Source: a virus
Lineage: Duplodnaviria > Caudoviricetes
IMG/VR virus record: IMGVR_UViG_3300035670_000309
Location: 1 to 50,462 of that record
Strand: one strand, 5' to 3'
DNA length: 50,462 nt
A model generated the notes under the pieces. That model did not search any database and was not told where the DNA came from. It worked only from the letters and a program-made list of their open reading frames with translations. The first letter of the stretch is position 1. Every line of letters begins with the position of its first letter. The translations under genes were made by a program, and so were the position numbers. This document shows, piece by piece, positions 27,311-36,612 of the stretch.

Positions 27311-28471
27311 GGTTCATCATCCCACTGAATTTTAGCGATGGTCAGTTTGCTGCCTGCCTCCGAAAGAGCGTCTTTTCTCGATTTATAGATGGTTCCGTAT
27401 GGAGCTTCTGCCCACTGATTATGAGCGGAGACAAGAATCCATCCTTCGCGCTTAATCTTGACGTTGCGCAGGGTCAAGCCGTCCCCAGGTGGGGTTCCAT
27501 CCGGCTTAAAAGTAGTAACATATTCAGAGTTATCGCCACCCCATACAACTACAATAGAATACTCATCATTAACATCTGATGCGACGATGCGGGCCTTACA
27601 CACACTTCCTGAATCTGTGACAACCTCGACCGGCTTGTTGATGTCGATCATATGAAATACCCCTCATCCTGCATTGTTTTGATCAGGCGCACAGACAGAT
27701 CCTCTGCTGTCGGCACCATGCCCTCGTTGATAATTTCAATGTCATTAACGTGATCCAGCAACGCGTTTTTGATCGCGTCGTATGCACGGCCAAATGCGGA
27801 ACGCTCCCGGATCTTAATGCGCCCATCGTCAACCAGACGATTGACTGAAAAGGCCAGCGTCATAAACACAACCGGCATGGGCTGCCCCAGCAGCACGGGA
27901 GAACATGCGCGGTCGAGCGCGTGCAGCATCTTGAGTTTTGGCCCGAGGCGGTCAGTCGCTAGCGCCTCGGTTTCAGCGGCCCGGAGCGTCCGCAGGATCG
28001 TGACGTGTTCCGGCTTGTTGGCCTCTTTCGCTGCCACCATCCACCACGCCAAAAGGCGCGGGAAGATGGCAGCTTCAATGCGGGCCTTATGAGCTTTCAT
28101 CATTCCTCCCCTGGCTTGGCAGGAGCGGCTGCGATAACGGCTGCAGCAAAATGCCCGGCGTGCTGCATATCTTCCGCTGTGGGGTCCTGCTCTGGAAGCA
28201 GCCAATAAAGGCGCGTCAAAGGAAGGGCCATTTCATCGGTGGGGGCCACCGGCACGGCCTTCCACGTTCCAGCCTTCAGCGCGGCCAGCGTCTCAAGCGG
28301 GATGTCAAGGCTTTCCAGAACATCACGCGCAATTGTGCGCCACTTATATTGTGCGTCTTCATTCAATTGAGACCACTTAACGTAATCTTCTCCAGAAACC
28401 CACATCCTCCGATTTACTTTTTCGGAGAACGCTTCCTTAGCCGCTTCATCAATCATCTCTTCAACGGTCAT
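27307..28471 (-). CDS. Three hypothetical genes (27307-27651, 27648-28103, 28100-28471)
   Basis: Tightly coupled ORFs with ATGA overlaps. Confidence 0.6.
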
Positions 28472-28716
28472 TTGCCTACCCCCGCTGCGAGAGCATAAAG
28501 TTCGGTAAGCTGCTTCTGCTCTTCCAGATCCGATGGGTTCATAGCCCGCATGCGCACGATCAGGCGCATAATCTTTGGGTCGTACCCGGAGCTTTTAGCT
28601 TCGCCGTAAACGTCCTTGATATCAGCCTGAATGGCTTTTTTTTCCTCCGTCAGGCGCTCAATCCGCTCGATGTAAGAGCGCAGGCGCTCGGCTGTCGCGT
28701 TGTCCATGGTTTCCAT
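28468..28716 (-). CDS. gapR: GapR / DUF2312 nucleoid-associated protein
   Basis: LRSYIERIERL.EEKKAI.ADIKDVY.EAKS.GYD.KIMR.IVR.R. Confidence 0.9.
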   Translation of the reverse strand: METMDNATAERLRSYIERIERLTEEKKAIQADIKDVYGEAKSSGYDPKIMRLIVRMRAMNPSDLEEQKQLTELYALAAGVGK

Positions 28717-28728
28717 TTTTGTCTATCC

Positions 28729-29361
28729 TTATCGGTAAATTTTGCCGCCGATCTTGGCGGATGCTGGAATGTTCGTCACACTGGTGCCCCGGAGGTAGAG
28801 GGAGCCTCCGACGGTCAGACCGTCAGGCAGGGCGGTGACACCGGTGACCTCAAGGTCGAGGTAGCCTCCGACGGTCAGACCGTCAGGCAGGGCGGTGACA
28901 CCGGCGCCACGGAGGTCAAGGTAGCCGCCGACAGTCAGGCCATCGGGCAGGGCGGTGACACCGGTGCCCTCAAGGTCGAGGGAGCCTCCGACGGTCAGAC
29001 CGTCAGGCAGGGCGGTGACACCGGTGCCCCGGAGGTAGAGGGAGCCTCCGACAGTCAGGCCATCGGGCAGGGACGTGACACCGGTGCCCCGGAGGTCGAG
29101 GGAGCCTCCGACGGTCAGACCGTCAGGCAGGGCGGTGACACCGGCGCCACGGAGGTCAAGGTAGCCGCCGACAGTCAGACCGTCAGGCAGGGCGGTGACA
29201 CCGGTGCCCTCAAGGTCGAGGTCGCCGCCGACGGTCAGACCGTCAGGCAGGGCGGTGACACCGGTGCCCTCAAGGTCGAGGTCGCCGCCGACAACATAAC
29301 CAGCCGGGAGCGCCTCAAATTCGGAGGCAGTCATTCGGATTGTGATTTTAACGTTTTCCAC
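28729..29361 (-). CDS. Leucine-rich-repeat-like protein made of 20-aa tandem repeats
   Basis: About 9 copies of LPDGLTVGGxLxLxGTGVTA. Confidence 0.85.
   Translation of the reverse strand: MENVKITIRMTASEFEALPAGYVVGGDLDLEGTGVTALPDGLTVGGDLDLEGTGVTALPDGLTVGGYLDLRGAGVTALPDGLTVGGSLDLRGTGVTSLPDGLTVGGSLYLRGTGVTALPDGLTVGGSLDLEGTGVTALPDGLTVGGYLDLRGAGVTALPDGLTVGGYLDLEVTGVTALPDGLTVGGSLYLRGTSVTNIPASAKIGGKIYR
28775..29292. repeat. 60-bp tandem repeat, about 8.5 copies
   Basis: Consecutive 60-nt lines align almost perfectly (acggtcagaccgtcaggcagggcggtgacaccggtgccc...). Confidence 0.95.
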
Positions 29362-29393
29362 TTTTGCGTCTCCGCTGCGTTGTTGATGGGCTG

Positions 29394-29483
29394 ATTATGT
29401 CGAGGCGGTGGAGTGGCGTCAAGGGAAAAATGTTACCATCTGTAACTTTTTTTGTTGACCATGAATGCGCGCTGCGCGATGAT
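29394..29483. promoter_or_regulatory. Divergent promoters with a central GTTAC-N5-GTAAC operator
   Basis: Leftward TTGACG-N17-CATAAT (29422-29394). Rightward TTGACC-N17-GATGAT (29455-29483). Palindrome at 29432-29446. Confidence 0.75.
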
Positions 29484-29507
29484 GAGGCATCAGCTCAGGA
29501 GGATGAT

Positions 29508-29900
29508 ATGAGCCGTAGCTACGATACTGGAGCGCCGCAATCAGCGCCTCCACGGGGTCCAGATCCGAAGCCGGGGTATTTTCGCATGCGTCTTGTCAAG
29601 GGCGGGCCTTTTGTCCCGGCCCAGATTTGGCGAAGCTGCTGCTGCACCGTCAACGGAGGATACACCAATACCCAGCACCGCTGGCGCGACACCTGCGACC
29701 GATACCCGCCACTTCAGGGTGAGCTGAATGGCTGCCCGGAGGATCCACAACGGATCTGGGACAGCGGCTGGCCGATCACCAAGCCGGAATTTGATCACCT
29801 GACGGCGGTGCGGGACTGGGCAGAAACCCACGCCCCCGCCGCCCCCGAAGCCAACCCCCGCCGCCGCATCGACCTGCACACGATGCCGCCGCTTTTCTGA
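29508..29900 (+). CDS. Hypothetical protein
   Basis: AGGAGG RBS; PGYFRMRLVKGGPFVPA.IW motif. Confidence 0.7.
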   Translation: MSRSYDTGAPQSAPPRGPDPKPGYFRMRLVKGGPFVPAQIWRSCCCTVNGGYTNTQHRWRDTCDRYPPLQGELNGCPEDPQRIWDSGWPITKPEFDHLTAVRDWAETHAPAAPEANPRRRIDLHTMPPLF

Positions 29901-29918
29901 CCCAAAGGACGCACCCCG

Positions 29919-30710
29919 ATGTTTGATCAGACCATTACCCCCGCCGCCGTGATCGGTCACAACGCCGCCCCGCCGGATGCCAACCCGATCCGCGACCGGC
30001 TTGTGGTGCAGTATGCCGACCTGACCAACCGCCGCGATGCGCTGCTGGCTGCTGCCGACCGCGCCCCGGCGGTGATTGAGGATGATGAAACCGCCGGTCG
30101 TATCGGGGATTTCGTCAAACAGATCCAGGCCTGCGGCAAGACGGCGGACACCGCCCGGGTGAGCGAAAAGGCCCCCTATCTGGAAGGCGGCAAGACTGTT
30201 GACGGCTGGTTTAAAGGTATCACCGATCCGCTGGCTGCCACCAAGACCCAGATGGAACGCCGCCTGTCCGCATACCTGAGGCAGAAGGCCGATGCCGAAG
30301 CCCGCCGCCGTCAGGAAGAGGCCGCCCGCGCCGCCGCCGAACGGGAAAAGGCTGAGGAGGAAGCCCGCGCCGCCGCTGCCGCCATGCGCACGGATGCCGA
30401 CCTGTCCGCCGCCCTGTCGGCGGAGGAGGAAGCCCGCGCCAAGGCCGAGGCCGAGGCACTGGCCGCCAAAGCCACCGCAGCCAGCGCTGCCGACCTTAGC
30501 CGCACCCGAGGCGACTATGGCAGCACTACCAGCCTGCGGGCGGACTGGACCTTCCGCGACCTCGACCGCGCCACGCTGGATCTGGAAGCCCTGCGCCCGT
30601 ACCTGCCGATGGACGCGCTGGAAAAAGCCGTCCGTGCCTTCATCCGGGCCGGGGGCCGCAGACTGACCGGCGCGGTCATCGAGCAGGATTTCAAGGCGGC
30701 CGTCCGCTGA
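29919..30710 (+). CDS. Coiled-coil phage protein preceding RecT (Gam/gp157-like position)
   Basis: IGHN.PP, R..EK.PYL...K.VD.WF, Ala/Glu-rich helix. Confidence 0.6.
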   Translation: MFDQTITPAAVIGHNAAPPDANPIRDRLVVQYADLTNRRDALLAAADRAPAVIEDDETAGRIGDFVKQIQACGKTADTARVSEKAPYLEGGKTVDGWFKGITDPLAATKTQMERRLSAYLRQKADAEARRRQEEAARAAAEREKAEEEARAAAAAMRTDADLSAALSAEEEARAKAEAEALAAKATAASAADLSRTRGDYGSTTSLRADWTFRDLDRATLDLEALRPYLPMDALEKAVRAFIRAGGRRLTGAVIEQDFKAAVR

Positions 30711-30735
30711 CCGCCAGAACAGGAGAATTGAACAG

Positions 30736-31881
30736 ATGAATACCCAGACCAAACCCTCCACCGCCCTTCAGGTCCAGCCCCCGCCCCCCGGCCCGCTGGC
30801 GGTGGTAGGCAGCGGCTCCACCGCTGTTGCAGCCTTCGCCCCGACCTCGTTTGAAGGACTAATGCAGGTGGCAGACATGATGTCACGCAGCGGTCCGGCG
30901 GTGCCCAAACACCTGCGCAACAGCCCCGGCATGTGCTTGTCGGTGGCGATGGTGGCCTACCAGAACGGATTTAATCCGTGGCTGTTGGCAGCTGACAGCT
31001 ATGTGGTGAATGACATTCTGGCCTATGGGGCCAAAGCGCTGATCGCCATGATTAACAATTCTGCGCAGATGGACGGACGCCTGCATTATGACCTGACCGG
31101 GGCATGGCCGAACCGGGCCTGCACCGTCACCGGGCGGCTGCGCGGCGATGACCGCCCGAAGGAATTCACCGTTCAGGCCGCGACCATCACCACCCGCAAC
31201 AGCCCGTTGTGGAAGCAGCAGCCGGACCAGCAGCTGATTTACTTCTCCGCCCGTGCGTGGGCCCGGCTGTATATGCCGGAAGTCCTGCTTGGCCTGATGG
31301 ACACCGACGAGGCGGTGGACCGGGCCAGCCAGCAACTGTCCGATCACGGACACGGCGCGGCAGTGGCCCGCCCGACACGCGCCGCGCAGGGGCAGGCGGC
31401 GGAAGAGTCCCACATCATCGATGCCGAGGCCGAAACCGTGCCCGAACCCCTCGAATGGGTCTCCGCTGACGGTGACGTGACCGAGCTCAGCCCCACCGAC
31501 TGGGTGGACTGTTGGCTGTCGGCCATCGCCGACACCACCGACGGGGATATCCTCGTCGGCCTGTGGGACAGCAACAGCAGCCAGCTTCAGCGTCTGCGGG
31601 ATCTTGGCCTTGAGGCCCCGGCGGAGGAAATCGCCACCGCCCACACCGCCAAGGCCAACGCGTTGGCCGCCACCGAGCGCCAGAAGCGGGAGAAGCAGCA
31701 GGCCTACATCAATAACTGCCTGAAAGAAATCGAAGGCTGCCAATCGGTGGAGGCTCTGGACCGCTGGCAGGATGAGCGGGCCACCGCCCTGCGCAGGATG
31801 AGCGACCTTCAATATGCTCCCGTTGGGGCTGCGATCGAAAGCCGTATGGCATTCCTGCGGGAGCAGGCCGCCACCGAGTAA
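30736..31881 (+). CDS. RecT-like single-strand annealing protein
   Basis: VPKHLR..PG.C..V...A...GFNP, RNSPLWK.QPDQQL.Y..AR.WARLY.PEVLLG. Confidence 0.85.
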   Translation: MNTQTKPSTALQVQPPPPGPLAVVGSGSTAVAAFAPTSFEGLMQVADMMSRSGPAVPKHLRNSPGMCLSVAMVAYQNGFNPWLLAADSYVVNDILAYGAKALIAMINNSAQMDGRLHYDLTGAWPNRACTVTGRLRGDDRPKEFTVQAATITTRNSPLWKQQPDQQLIYFSARAWARLYMPEVLLGLMDTDEAVDRASQQLSDHGHGAAVARPTRAAQGQAAEESHIIDAEAETVPEPLEWVSADGDVTELSPTDWVDCWLSAIADTTDGDILVGLWDSNSSQLQRLRDLGLEAPAEEIATAHTAKANALAATERQKREKQQAYINNCLKEIEGCQSVEALDRWQDERATALRRMSDLQYAPVGAAIESRMAFLREQAATE

Positions 31882-31941
31882 CCAGTTAGGCGGCGCACGG
31901 AAAAGGGCTCGGAGCCGCCGCCAGTTTTTTTAGGAGCAATT

Positions 31942-32175
31942 ATGACCCCCAACCAAATCACGGGGAAGCTGATCAGAGAGGCGCGGAAACGGGCAGGGCT
32001 GCGACAGCATCAATTGGCGGCTGCCGTTGGAGTGTCGCGCCCGTCCATCGTGCAGTATGAGCGCGGCGGGCGGCCCGTCTCTGTCGATGTACTGGCCAAA
32101 ATAGCTAACGCTCTGGGTGTGCGCCCGGCGGCTCTCATGCCGACACATGGAGAAATAAAAAGTTACGGAGAGTAA
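31942..32175 (+). CDS. XRE-family HTH regulator
   Basis: IREARKRAGL.Q.QLA.AVGVSR.SI.QYERG...L.KIA.ALGV. Confidence 0.9.
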   Translation: MTPNQITGKLIREARKRAGLRQHQLAAAVGVSRPSIVQYERGGRPVSVDVLAKIANALGVRPAALMPTHGEIKSYGE

Positions 32176-32213
32176 CATTTTCTGTTGACGCCGCTCCGTC
32201 GCGGCAGTATAAC
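32162..32213 (+). promoter_or_regulatory. Operator GTTAC-N5-GTAAC and promoter TTGACG-N17-TATAAC
   Basis: Inverted homolog of the leftward promoter at 29394-29446. Confidence 0.8.
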
Positions 32214-32245
32214 AGGGCATCAACACGACGCAACGGAGAGACAAA

Positions 32246-34020
32246 ATGGCCACGATCAGCGAAGTCCTTAACCACCCGGCGGTTTACTCCTCGTCTGAGT
32301 GGCACGCCGGAAATGCCCATCGCATTTACATCAACCTCAAAGGCCGCAGCAAAAACCATCGTGGTGACAGCAATGTCAAGCTGTGGATCGACAAGACGGA
32401 AAAGACCATCCACTGGGAAAAGGGGAAAGGCGTCAAGGTCGAACTCGATGCCGATGCCGCTGCGAAATACTACAACTGAGGGGGTGTGAAAATGTGGATT
32501 GAATTTAGCAACGGGTCGGAAACTCTCTATGGCTGGACAGACCGCGACGATGTGACGCAGTCATGTCTTGACTGGCTCAACCGTCGCCAAGATGCAAAAA
32601 ACAACATGCAGGTCGGTTGCTCTGGGGCATTTTCCGTGTGGCGCTGCTATCAGCTGACGTACACTGAAGCCGAAGAAATTGGGTGCAACGCCCTTGACAC
32701 CCTGATCTGCGACGCTGACACGCGCCCTGAAGATTATGATGATGATGACGAATAAGCAAAGCCGTTACGCCGACTACCTTCGCGCCCGGCAGGACGAGGC
32801 GCGGGAGATCCTGAAGAAATACGATGCCCGCCCCAGCCTGAAGGCGCTGGCTGAGCGCGTTTTGAAGATCGGAGAGTGACATGAGCGAAGAAAAGCCAGC
32901 AAAAGGCACGCAGTGCTGCGTGCGCGTCCATTCAGGCGGTTACGTTCGCGGGCATCAGTGCGGAAATGCCGCAAAGGTCATGCGTAACGGGATCCCGTAC
33001 TGCGGTCGGCATGACCCGGTAGCGATCAGAGCGCGCAAGGATCGGCGCAATGCAAAATGGGAAGAGCGGTGGAATGCAGAAGCGGCGGCCCGCGAAAAAG
33101 TCAAAGCCGCCCGTGCCGAACGGGACCGCCGGGCCGACTGCTTTGATGGGCTGCTGGAGGCGCTGGAATACATGCTGAATTCCTGCCCGGCGATTGACCC
33201 CAATGGAGAAGAAGCCCGCCAAAAAGCCCAAGCCGCCATCACCAAAGCAAAGGGAGAATAACATGTCCGAAAAACACACGCAGGGACCGTGGTGGGCCTC
33301 AGAAGGATATTCATTTGTTCTTATGGTTAAAGCGCCGTCTCGGTCCGGGGCGTCCGTCGCCCACGTTCTGCCACACGTTGAAATACCAGACGAGGAAGCC
33401 AAAGCCAACTATCACCTGATCGCCGCCGCGCCGGAGTTGCTTGAGGCGCTGGAAGAGTTGCTTTCGCGAGAATGGCAAGACGACGACGGAGCGCCTACGC
33501 TTGAGGTGGCACGCTCTAATGCAAGGGCCGCCATCGCCAAAGCGCGGGGTGAATGATGGCATACAACGAATATAGGCATTTTGCCTTCGGCCATGCCAGC
33601 CCGCTCGGATCTCGCGATGCGCACGGAAACCTGATCAAAAGTTCTCCGGCCCGCACGGTCGAAGAACAGGCCGCGATTGATGAGTACATTCGCAGTCGCG
33701 GAGTGACAAAGGTTGAGCCGCGCATGTCAGGATTGCCAGAGGAGGAGGACGCTCCGAAGGTCCGAGACAACAGCAAAATCAATGTCGGCAACGCGCTGCG
33801 GTATCATCTTGAGCGGCAAGCCAAGGTAAAATTGATCCTTGGAGTTCTGTCCGCACATGGTAAGCAGGCTGCTACGGCATTGGCGGCGCTGGTTGGATAC
33901 AACGACCACGGCAGTATATATCGACTGCTAGGACGGCCCGAATACTCACGGCTCGTTCATCGGTCAGCAAAAAACGAGTTCAGCCTGACCGACGAGGGAC
34001 GAAAGGAGCTTAAAAAATGA
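32246..34020 (+). CDS. Cluster of small hypothetical early genes (32246-32479, 32486-32755, 32881-33261, 33263-33556, 33553-34020)
   Basis: Co-oriented ORFs with RBSs after a strong promoter. Two share the C-terminal motif LLEALE...AI.KA.GE. Confidence 0.6.
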
Positions 34021-34472
34021 TCCTTTCAGCCCAATCCATTCGCGCCCGGTCTGGCATGATTGAGCCGTTCTGCAAGCGCGGAGTTATCAGAGGGATGAGC
34101 TACGGACTTTCCGCCTGCGGGTATGACGTCCGCATTGCAGAGCATGTCAGGCTGGATCGCGGGGCATTCGCGCTGGCGTCAACCATTGAGCATTTCGACT
34201 TGCCAGCTGATGTGGTCGGTATGCTCTGCGACAAGTCCACTTGGGCACGTCGTGGTCTGTCAATTTTCAATACGGTATCAGAACCGGGCTGGCGTGGCCA
34301 TTTGACGCTAGAGCTTGTCAATCACGGTCCTGAAACATTGATCCTTTGGCCGGGCGACCCCATTGGACAGATGGTGTTCCACCGCCTCGACCAGCCTACC
34401 GACCTGCCGTATTCCGGAAAGTATCAAAATCAAGACAAAGGTCCGCAATCAGCGCGAGAGGAGCAATCATGA
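34017..34472 (+). CDS. dcd: dCTP deaminase / dUTPase family
   Basis: SYGLS..GYDVR, DKSTWAR.GL, EPGW.G.LTLEL and YSGKYQ.Q motifs. Confidence 0.9.
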   Translation: MILSAQSIRARSGMIEPFCKRGVIRGMSYGLSACGYDVRIAEHVRLDRGAFALASTIEHFDLPADVVGMLCDKSTWARRGLSIFNTVSEPGWRGHLTLELVNHGPETLILWPGDPIGQMVFHRLDQPTDLPYSGKYQNQDKGPQSAREEQS

Positions 34473-34750
34473 TCCAGATCCACCACAGCCTGACGGTCCG
34501 CAACGACGGTCAGGAGGTCGATACGTTTGACCTGACAGTTGACGTGTCGTTTTCCGGGCACACAGTGTATTACGAAGCGGTGCGCGCGCAGGACGCGGAA
34601 AAACCTTATCCAGAGCCGCTCAAAGGTGCCCTTGTTGCGCTCCTCAAAAATGACGACGGCTGGCACGGTAAAGTAGTTATAGCCCGCACTAGATGGCTGC
34701 GCGGCCAGTACATCAACCAGATGTGCGATGCGAAGGGAGGTGAAGCATGA
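34469..34750 (+). CDS. Hypothetical protein
   Basis: Coupled between dcd and the nuclease gene. Confidence 0.55.
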   Translation: MIQIHHSLTVRNDGQEVDTFDLTVDVSFSGHTVYYEAVRAQDAEKPYPEPLKGALVALLKNDDGWHGKVVIARTRWLRGQYINQMCDAKGGEA

Positions 34751-35202
34751 AACGCCTCATTCTCGCCGCCCTGCTGCTATGCGCTCCGGCGCACGCAGCG
34801 GAGATCCGGGGGCCTGCCACGGTCCATGACGGGGACACCATCAAAATAGGAGGCGAAAACATCCGCCTCTATGGGATTGATGCTCCGGAACTGCGCCAGA
34901 CCTGTCGGTATATGGGCGGCGAAGTCCCCTGCGGACAGATGGCGCGCGATGCTCTGGTCCGCCTAATCGAAGAACGGCCCGTCACCTGCACCTACAAGGA
35001 GCGCGACAAATACCGGCGCATCGTCGGAAAGTGCTATGCGGAAGACGAAAATCTTTCCCTGCTGATGGTCATGCAGGGCTGGGCGCTGTCCTATTACGTC
35101 AAGGACTACAAGGGCGTGGAAGACTGGGCCGTCAAGAACCGAGAAGGGATGCACGAGTACGAATATCTCGCGCCGTGCCGGTATCGGGGCACGTGCAAAT
35201 GA
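34747..35202 (+). CDS. SNase-like (thermonuclease) protein with a signal peptide
   Basis: DGDTI, IRLYGIDAPEL.Q.C and DKYRR.VG motifs; N-terminal signal MKRLILAALLLCAPAHA. Confidence 0.9.
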   Translation: MKRLILAALLLCAPAHAAEIRGPATVHDGDTIKIGGENIRLYGIDAPELRQTCRYMGGEVPCGQMARDALVRLIEERPVTCTYKERDKYRRIVGKCYAEDENLSLLMVMQGWALSYYVKDYKGVEDWAVKNREGMHEYEYLAPCRYRGTCK

Positions 35203-35495
35203 TGAAACTGAGGTATGACGGATGCATCTGGCTTGAAGAAAACAATCCAGTTATTTGCGATTGCAAATTTAAAATGCTGTTTAATAAGTGCACGCAAGAA
35301 AAAATAGAAAACGGTGTAAAAATGGAATTGTTCGAAGGTGACCGTGTTTTTTCATCCGCTGAAACCGTGGCTTCAATTATGGTTTTTATGAAAGAAAACG
35401 GAATCATCTTTGATGATGAGTATAAAACCGTTGAAGTGATTGGTGATGTTGTTTGCATCACCGCTTATGGTGAAGCCTTAAAAAAACTCAGTTGA
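35199..35495 (+). CDS. Hypothetical protein, AT-rich
   Basis: ATG overlaps the nuclease stop. Confidence 0.5.
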   Translation: MMKLRYDGCIWLEENNPVICDCKFKMLFNKCTQEKIENGVKMELFEGDRVFSSAETVASIMVFMKENGIIFDDEYKTVEVIGDVVCITAYGEALKKLS

Positions 35496-35527
35496 AACGT
35501 TGCCGGTCGTGCGGTAGCGTTAGGAAT

Positions 35528-35651
35528 ACTCGGCGGCGTGGAAAGCAGACACGCTTTGAACAGGGGTGACAGAACCTTTGGGGCATGGAGTGCGCGCAGG
35601 CGCGGCATACGGGTCTCATAAAAAGCCGGAGTAGCTCCCGGCCCGAGTACA
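35528..35651 (+). ncRNA. tRNA-like structured element
   Basis: Acceptor-like TACTCGG/CCGAGTA, D-like GGCGTGGAAAGCAGACACG and T-like GCCGG..CCGGC. Upstream promoter TTGAAA-N17-TAGCGT. Confidence 0.45.
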
Positions 35652-35889
35652 AGTTTTGGGTTGCTGCTACTTTCGCCCTCCGGTGCCTGCCGCATGGGTA
35701 AAAATTGTCTCTGATGCTGCTGCGTAGGCCCCAAAACTGCATAGCCTGCGCATTGATGTGTTAATCCTTGGCAGCGTAATTTAGTGGGGAAATCAGAGAA
35801 AAGGGCGCGGTGACGGCGTGACGGTCTGATGTTCCGGCACGCCAATGCCGGAATACAACCCGGTGAAAGGCCGGTACCACATTAGAAAT

Positions 35890-35966
35890 GCTCCCTTAGC
35901 TCAATTGGATAGAGCATCGGGATTCTACCCCGACGGTTTGCGGTTCGAGTCCGTGAGGGAGCGCCA
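35890..35966 (+). tRNA. tRNA-Arg (anticodon TCT)
   Basis: Cloverleaf GCTCCCT...AGGGAGC-G-CCA, D arm TAGCTCAATTGGATAGAGC, anticodon arm TCGGG-ATTCTAC-CCCGA, GGTTCGAGTCC. Confidence 0.92.
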
Positions 35967-35981
35967 CTAACCCCTAAACTT

Positions 35982-36020
35982 GACCCCCGTTGAGCGCCTC
36001 CGCTCCGGGGGTTCTTTTTT
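35982..36020 (+). terminator. Intrinsic terminator after the tRNA
   Basis: ACCCCCG...CGGGGGT followed by TCTTTTTT. Confidence 0.7.
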
Positions 36021-36459
36021 AGACCAAAGCGCACCCGCCAATGATGGCCGCTCCCATCGGGAGCCGGTAGTAGGCTTCCGGCCCGTCTAAAAGCCACCAG
36101 CGCGGCAGCCCGATGCGCTTATCCAGCCAGACGAGCGGCATATAGCTGACGGCGGCGGCCAAGACAAGACCGACATACAGCAGGCCGTCAGTCCACATCG
36201 GGGCCGCTCCGATCAGCGCCGGGACACCAAATCGAAGCGCCTGATAGCCCGGATCCTCCCACCGCGTCTGCCCCCAGACAATAGACGTTGCGGCCCATCC
36301 GCCGATCCAGAGCGCCCACCATCCAGCCCCAGCATAGGCCGCGCCACCAATCGCCAGCGCGTAAAACAACGCCACCCGGACGCCATTAGGGACGCCCGTA
36401 TTAGCCCCGTCAACCAGACGGACCAGAGCGCCAGCCAGAAGGAAAGCTGCCTCTATCAT
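36019..36459 (-). CDS. Hypothetical multi-pass membrane protein
   Basis: Highly hydrophobic 146-aa ORF. Confidence 0.6.
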   Translation of the reverse strand: MIEAAFLLAGALVRLVDGANTGVPNGVRVALFYALAIGGAAYAGAGWWALWIGGWAATSIVWGQTRWEDPGYQALRFGVPALIGAAPMWTDGLLYVGLVLAAAVSYMPLVWLDKRIGLPRWWLLDGPEAYYRLPMGAAIIGGCALV

Positions 36460-36612
36460 TGCTGCGCATCCCCAATCGTGATAAAAGAATGGGGCGGCAC
36501 CTCTGGAAAGGTCCGCCCCTTGGTCCTCGCAAAACTCACAGCCAACGCGACGACAACCGGATAATAACTCTATCCGCTCAAAGGGTCAATCCCCGGCTGA
36601 CAGGATACAGTT

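Noticed and set aside
28775-29292. 60-bp tandem repeats as a CRISPR array or DGR template
   Set aside because: The units are contiguous with no unique spacers and encode an in-frame protein repeat. No reverse transcriptase is present.
29364-29507. Extended 5' end of ORF 29364-29900
   Set aside because: It overlaps the divergent promoter/operator region. The ATG at 29508 has a strong AGGAGG RBS and is the more likely start.
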